A stretch of DNA of 52,697 bases from a virus (Duplodnaviria > Caudoviricetes): positions 1-52,697 of the IMG/VR virus record IMGVR_UViG_3300026097_001084. One strand, 5' to 3'. Below, piece after piece: positions 48,174-52,697 of this stretch (the first letter of the stretch is position 1; each line of letters begins with the position of its first letter). The notes below the pieces were generated by a model. The model was given only the letters and a program-made list of their open reading frames with translations, made no database searches and was not told the DNA's origin. Made by a program: the position numbers and the translations under genes.

Positions 48174-50393
48174 TTATTTAGAATCAAAACAGGTCTGCAT
48201 CTCTTTAGACCATTGTATTGTATTTGATGTTTTACCTGTTGGTCCTTGTTTTGAACGATATCGTTTTTCCCCTATAAATTTACGTTTACCTCCCTTAGAT
48301 ATAGCGTATATATAAACTACTTTTCCTGTGGTATATTTCTGTGTTTCTTTATCTTTAATTACTTGTTCATCAGTAACTACTTCAAAATTATCCTCATAAT
48401 CAGATAAGTCATCTACACCCAAGCAATCTTGTATATTGCTTGGTGGTATATCCACACCACCCATTACTAAATGCGTATTTCTTTTTAATATGGATTCAAA
48501 GTCGTTTTCGTTTTTTGGTTTATTTATTTTATCCAAATGTAAAAAATCTACCGTTTCTTGAAATCCTATCAAATCACCCAATCTTTTTGCTTTACCTGAT
48601 TTTGTTTTTCCTTCCAACTGATTGAGTTGTTCTATTGTATCTTTTTGTAATTTTAATGCAGAATCCCTAGCATTTGATAAAATAAGTTGAGTATCCAATC
48701 CCGGTGGTAATATCTCCTCATTAGATTGAATATAAACTTTTTCCATTTCAGCTACCCTAGTAATAATCTTAGCTCTATCGTTTGATAACTTACCGGAATC
48801 AGCTTCTTCGAATAATCTATCCAATAATTCATCATAATTGTTAACATTATATAGTTTCATAGCAGTTTGAATATGATTGGTTGTACCAGCTTTATCATAT
48901 CCTTCATCTTGTTTTTTAACAAAATCAACTAATCTCTCTCTACTACTACCTTTATATGTTTTTAAATAAGATGCCTCTTTTAAAGGTGCTTTCTTATAAT
49001 TAGATTCAATCTCATCACTTTTTTTCTTAGCATCTGATATAATAACCTTTGCCGAATCCGCAACTGAACTACTCAATTTACCATCAGATACCATTTCATC
49101 TACTCTTTGATTTGATTTTGTATAATCATCATTTAATGTAGAATTTCCTTGTATATCATTAAATCCCTTTTTATCGGACCAACCATCATAAATAAGATTA
49201 CCATTTTCATCTTTCGTAATTACTGCGGTATCTGCTGCATTTTCACCACCACCTGAACTTTGTACCCACTTACTCATAATATCTTTTGGAACTTCATATA
49301 AAGTATCTGTACCAATATCATAAGTGAATATTTTATTAGCTGATTCTATTTCTGATTTTAGATTAGATAAATCCGATGTAGTTCCACCATATACCTTACG
49401 TTCGGTGTTATTTCCAAAATTTACCTCCTCTTGAGCTCTCCGAGTCCCCTTAGTAGCTCTATCATTTTTAGTTTTTCCAGAACGAGCTGATATTATACAT
49501 GAACGGTATATATCTTTTTGATTGGAGGGGATTCCTTTGGGAACCATTCCTCTATCTTTTTTAGATGGAGATTCAATCGTAGTACCTTTTTGCTGTTTTC
49601 CTAATTTTGTATTTTTAACTTTTTCAAAAAGTATTGCTGCTAATTCATTTTCAGATAAATCAGGATATTTTTCTAATATCAATGAGGCTTCATTTGAAAT
49701 ATTTTCATTAAAATTAGAACCAGCGTTTCCAGGAGCAACATAATCTTTACCTTTTACATATCCATTTTTCAATGCAGCATCGGAAGTTTCTGAATTTTGT
49801 AATAATTTATCTGAACCATTTTCTCCATATAGTTCTGTACTAATAGTTTTTACTTTTTCAATATCATACCCATCCACATCATCGGATTTACCATCAAGTT
49901 TTTTACGAGTTTCCGTTTCCTTCTTAACTTGCTGTTTAACCGCTGGGTCAGAAGCAAATTTCTTATCTTGTTGTTTTTTAACTTCTTCCGGCGATATTCC
50001 ATTATCCCCACCTTGTTGATTTTGAGTAGTATTTGCTGCTGCTTTCTCACCAGCATCACCTTGAGCATTTTTTATTTTATTGGCTTCATCATCCGATATT
50101 GCTCGTAATGAACCACCATCATCTTTCTTATATTTCTGAGCGGTTTCTTTATCTTCATCACCTCTACGAACATAAATACCAGCACCCTTGTGTACATAAT
50201 CTTTATCATCACCCTCAGTATCATTTGGATTTTCAGTTAAAAATTCCATAATGATTTTCTTAGCCTCGTATTCATTCCATTCGGAAAGAATTTCGGATAT
50301 AATAGAATGTTGGTTCTTGTTTTTTAAATCAACAATACCAACTCTATAAGAAAGTTCTCGTAATAATTTATCTATAAGTTCTGAATGATTCAT
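48174..50393 (-). CDS. large hypothetical protein (possible virion/internal protein)
   Basis: 739-aa ORF; short helical N-terminus (LLRELSYRVG), charged low-complexity linker, globular C-terminal part. Confidence 0.75.
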   Translation of the reverse strand: MNHSELIDKLLRELSYRVGIVDLKNKNQHSIISEILSEWNEYEAKKIIMEFLTENPNDTEGDDKDYVHKGAGIYVRRGDEDKETAQKYKKDDGGSLRAISDDEANKIKNAQGDAGEKAAANTTQNQQGGDNGISPEEVKKQQDKKFASDPAVKQQVKKETETRKKLDGKSDDVDGYDIEKVKTISTELYGENGSDKLLQNSETSDAALKNGYVKGKDYVAPGNAGSNFNENISNEASLILEKYPDLSENELAAILFEKVKNTKLGKQQKGTTIESPSKKDRGMVPKGIPSNQKDIYRSCIISARSGKTKNDRATKGTRRAQEEVNFGNNTERKVYGGTTSDLSNLKSEIESANKIFTYDIGTDTLYEVPKDIMSKWVQSSGGGENAADTAVITKDENGNLIYDGWSDKKGFNDIQGNSTLNDDYTKSNQRVDEMVSDGKLSSSVADSAKVIISDAKKKSDEIESNYKKAPLKEASYLKTYKGSSRERLVDFVKKQDEGYDKAGTTNHIQTAMKLYNVNNYDELLDRLFEEADSGKLSNDRAKIITRVAEMEKVYIQSNEEILPPGLDTQLILSNARDSALKLQKDTIEQLNQLEGKTKSGKAKRLGDLIGFQETVDFLHLDKINKPKNENDFESILKRNTHLVMGGVDIPPSNIQDCLGVDDLSDYEDNFEVVTDEQVIKDKETQKYTTGKVVYIYAISKGGKRKFIGEKRYRSKQGPTGKTSNTIQWSKEMQTCFDSK

Positions 50394-50394
50394 A

Positions 50395-51084
50395 TTATCC
50401 TATTCTTACTATGTTTGCGATTATTGAAGGAGTTTCAGGCACCACACCATTTGTAGGTGTTTCTTCTAACTGAATAGTATTACTATCTCCTGTCCAATAT
50501 AATTCTATATAATCACCATCATTTTGAGCAACACCCACTATACTTGTAACCATTAGTTGAGCAGATGATTGACCTGATGATTTTCGTGGTAGTAATGTCA
50601 TTTCGGTTGTTGAATTTGGAAAATTATTTCCATTATATTTTACCCAAAAATACGATGAATGTGTTTCATTATCTGGATTTGTAACTTGAGCTGCAAAGTT
50701 AAATTTATAAACTCCGGCAGATTCCATTACAAGTTGAGAACCTGATACTAAATTTACTCCACGATTTGTCCAAAGACTTGAAAAGATAACAGGTTGTTCA
50801 GAGCCAGATGTAGTTAGTTGTTGTGATGAAGTAGAATAACATGAAATATATGCAGGTTCTACAAAAGTACCACCCAACTCAATATCAAAAGTAGATGAAT
50901 CTCCTTTGGTAAACGTTAAAGTACTATCGTTTAAGGAACCACTTACCACTACATCATCTTGGATTTTTTGTTTTAAACTACCATATGAAACTTTTTTGGT
51001 TTCATTATCATTAACAATAGGTAAAACATCACTCAATTCAGGTGATGTATGTAAGTTTAATTCGGTGATTCTTTTATTTGCCAT
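50395..51084 (-). CDS. putative virion structural protein with C1q/TNF-like C-terminal domain
   Basis: N-terminal KRITEL...DVLPIV...TKKVS; C-terminal AGVYKFNFAAQV...GDYIELYW...SIIANIVRI. Confidence 0.6.
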   Translation of the reverse strand: MANKRITELNLHTSPELSDVLPIVNDNETKKVSYGSLKQKIQDDVVVSGSLNDSTLTFTKGDSSTFDIELGGTFVEPAYISCYSTSSQQLTTSGSEQPVIFSSLWTNRGVNLVSGSQLVMESAGVYKFNFAAQVTNPDNETHSSYFWVKYNGNNFPNSTTEMTLLPRKSSGQSSAQLMVTSIVGVAQNDGDYIELYWTGDSNTIQLEETPTNGVVPETPSIIANIVRIG

Positions 51085-51090
51085 GACTAC

Positions 51091-51354
51091 CTATAAGTAT
51101 ATCTTATCTCCATTCTCTTGTAAAATATAATCTCCGTTTTCTTGTAAAAGAAATCCACTATATGGTTTGGTAATGGATTCTACTATACCACCATTCTTAT
51201 GATTTTGTAAAAAAAAGTTTAATAAAAAACTATAAGAATATTGAGGTAGTTGTTCGGTCTGAAGTTGGTATAATTCATAATCACGTACTAACTCTTGTAA
51301 AGGTTTAGTACCTTCGTTAATTGATAAATATTCTTGCCAACTTAATTGTTTCAT
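51091..51354 (-). CDS. hypothetical protein with LQENGD repeat (possible virion protein)
   Basis: C-terminal FLLQENGDYILQENGDKIYL. Confidence 0.65.
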   Translation of the reverse strand: MKQLSWQEYLSINEGTKPLQELVRDYELYQLQTEQLPQYSYSFLLNFFLQNHKNGGIVESITKPYSGFLLQENGDYILQENGDKIYL

Positions 51355-51355
51355 T

Positions 51356-51955
51356 TTATTTTACCAAATAATCAATCCAATCAGTTCCTTTAGTATTAGA
51401 ATTAGGAAAATTGAATTTTACAGTTTTATCACCCCATTGAATTATTTTTATAAACCCTTTAGGAATTGCAGCACCACCACTTACTCTTTCAGGTTCATCA
51501 TCGAATAAAACTTCAATTCTAACTTTAACTTCGTAGAAGTTTGCTAAATTTCTTTCAAACTCCTCTAAACGATTCCAAATACCACGATTTAAAGATTCAT
51601 GTTGTAATGCAGAGTTTAGGAAACTAAAAGTTTTTTTAAGAGTTTCTTTATCACAATTAAAGGCTGCTGCAGGAGCTAAATGTCCTTTATCCCACACATT
51701 ATTTTTATAATCACCATCATCAGAAGTTTTTACTCCTTCTGGTTTCCAAAAATCCATTGAACCCCTATCAGCATCACCATCAGGACATAAAACCGTATAT
51801 TCAACCCAAAGAGGTTGTTCAAGTGTTTCTGAGTATTCTACTTTAAAGATATCTGTTTGAACGATTACCGATTCTCTTAATTGTTGTGAGAATGTCGGTT
51901 CGGTTGTGCAACTCCAAAAAATGAGTGCAAGAGCAAAAATGTTAACGTATTTCAT
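51356..51955 (-). CDS. DNA/RNA non-specific endonuclease (NucA/EndA family), predicted lipoprotein
   Basis: WDKGHLAPAA, TFSFLNSALQHESLNRGIWNRLE, AIPKGF; signal MKYVNIFALALIFWSC with lipobox-like Cys. Confidence 0.9.
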   Translation of the reverse strand: MKYVNIFALALIFWSCTTEPTFSQQLRESVIVQTDIFKVEYSETLEQPLWVEYTVLCPDGDADRGSMDFWKPEGVKTSDDGDYKNNVWDKGHLAPAAAFNCDKETLKKTFSFLNSALQHESLNRGIWNRLEEFERNLANFYEVKVRIEVLFDDEPERVSGGAAIPKGFIKIIQWGDKTVKFNFPNSNTKGTDWIDYLVK

Positions 51956-51982
51956 TATATTCCTTTATTAATTGTATTAGTA

Positions 51983-51990
51983 TATAAATA
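51983..51990 (-). promoter_or_regulatory. TATTTATA element (putative phage late-type promoter)
   Basis: Recurrent motif upstream of the nuclease. Confidence 0.45.
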
Positions 51991-52697
51991 TTAAATAATA
52001 TTATTTGGAAGTTTTATCAACTCATCTAATAAACTATTTCGTGTATTAACGGATTCTAAAAAACATTTCCTAATATACTCCAACCACTCTCTTAATTTAA
52101 ATTTTAAATCACTCCACTTTACATCATCATCCATCTGCTCTCGTAACCATGGAAATATATTTGTAATGTCATCATACTCAGGTAAAGGATATTCGGGAAC
52201 TTCATATCCAAGTAATTCAATAACTTTGTGTATTTTTTGAATAGTTCTATAATGTACATCTATAAAGAGTTTACCTGCTAAAACATGACATATAGTTTTT
52301 TCTGAGAAACACTGTACCATTGGATTTTCATGAATAAGATTTACTTCAGCTATACCAAACATCTTCCACATACCCTCTTCCATATTATTTGGCATCCACT
52401 CTCCACCAAAATCTTCTATGTTATAACCACGTTTATTTATTTTTTTTAAATTAGGTAGTTTTAAAAATTCATTATAATTATCTTCATACTGATGTTTCCA
52501 TATATAATGGTCGGATTCGGTAAAAGATGAGTAAGTAATTACTACATCATCTTCGTTCAATTCTTTTTTAATAGCCTTGGAAACATATAATTTAGAATCA
52601 TATATACGTCTTGCAGGATATAATAATTTAGAATCATACTCAGTTTTTAATTTTAACCAATCATAAAAAAAGTAATATTCACGAGTTGCTGTTGTAT
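51991..52697 (-). CDS. partial GT10-like hypothetical protein (5' end beyond window)
   Basis: Frame stays open upstream of the track's TTG to the edge; VNLIHE...FSEKTICHVLAGKLFI resembles the motif in 13904..14872. Confidence 0.65.
   Translation of the reverse strand, partial: TTATREYYFFYDWLKLKTEYDSKLLYPARRIYDSKLYVSKAIKKELNEDDVVITYSSFTESDHYIWKHQYEDNYNEFLKLPNLKKINKRGYNIEDFGGEWMPNNMEEGMWKMFGIAEVNLIHENPMVQCFSEKTICHVLAGKLFIDVHYRTIQKIHKVIELLGYEVPEYPLPEYDDITNIFPWLREQMDDDVKWSDLKFKLREWLEYIRKCFLESVNTRNSLLDELIKLPNNII

Noticed and set aside
52588-52638. 15-bp direct repeat TAATTTAGAATCATA, 36 bp apart
   Set aside because: In-frame coding micro-duplication (YDSKL twice); two copies only

Overview
AT-rich, gene-dense segment of a large (jumbo/huge-type) tailed dsDNA phage genome with essentially every real gene on the minus strand and the standard genetic code. 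The host is very likely Bacteroidota: 11 promoters match the TTTG-N19/20-TAnnTTTG consensus, and the window carries a Flavobacteria-type TonB-dependent receptor and an Hc1-like protein. In window order it holds (1) an ~15 kb glycan biosynthesis block (many glycosyltransferases, sulfotransferase, UDP-glucose dehydrogenase, epimerase, SGNH protein); (2) the TonB-dependent receptor, groES and groEL; (3) a T4-like replication/recombination/nucleotide core (clamp, clamp loader, PolB, helicase, 5'-3' exonuclease, RecA/UvsX, SSB, NrdAB, thioredoxin, MazG) interleaved with likely DNA-modification genes (two tandem Mom-like GNATs, DUF4338, a GT-B next to polB, DUF1599) and a divergent DUF262-HNH protein; (4) the strongest candidate for a new system, at 43.1-47.6 kb. 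There a circularly permuted ATP-grasp ligase is fused to a Hint domain that has lost its N-terminal catalytic residues but keeps the C-terminal His-Asn, followed by a 30-aa peptide with 6 Cys and 2 Trp. It sits next to a flavin-dependent halogenase, two 2OG-Fe(II) oxygenases and a Cys-rich protein, suggesting a phage-encoded, self-releasing RiPP-like pathway. All family calls are by motif recognition only; no searches were run.
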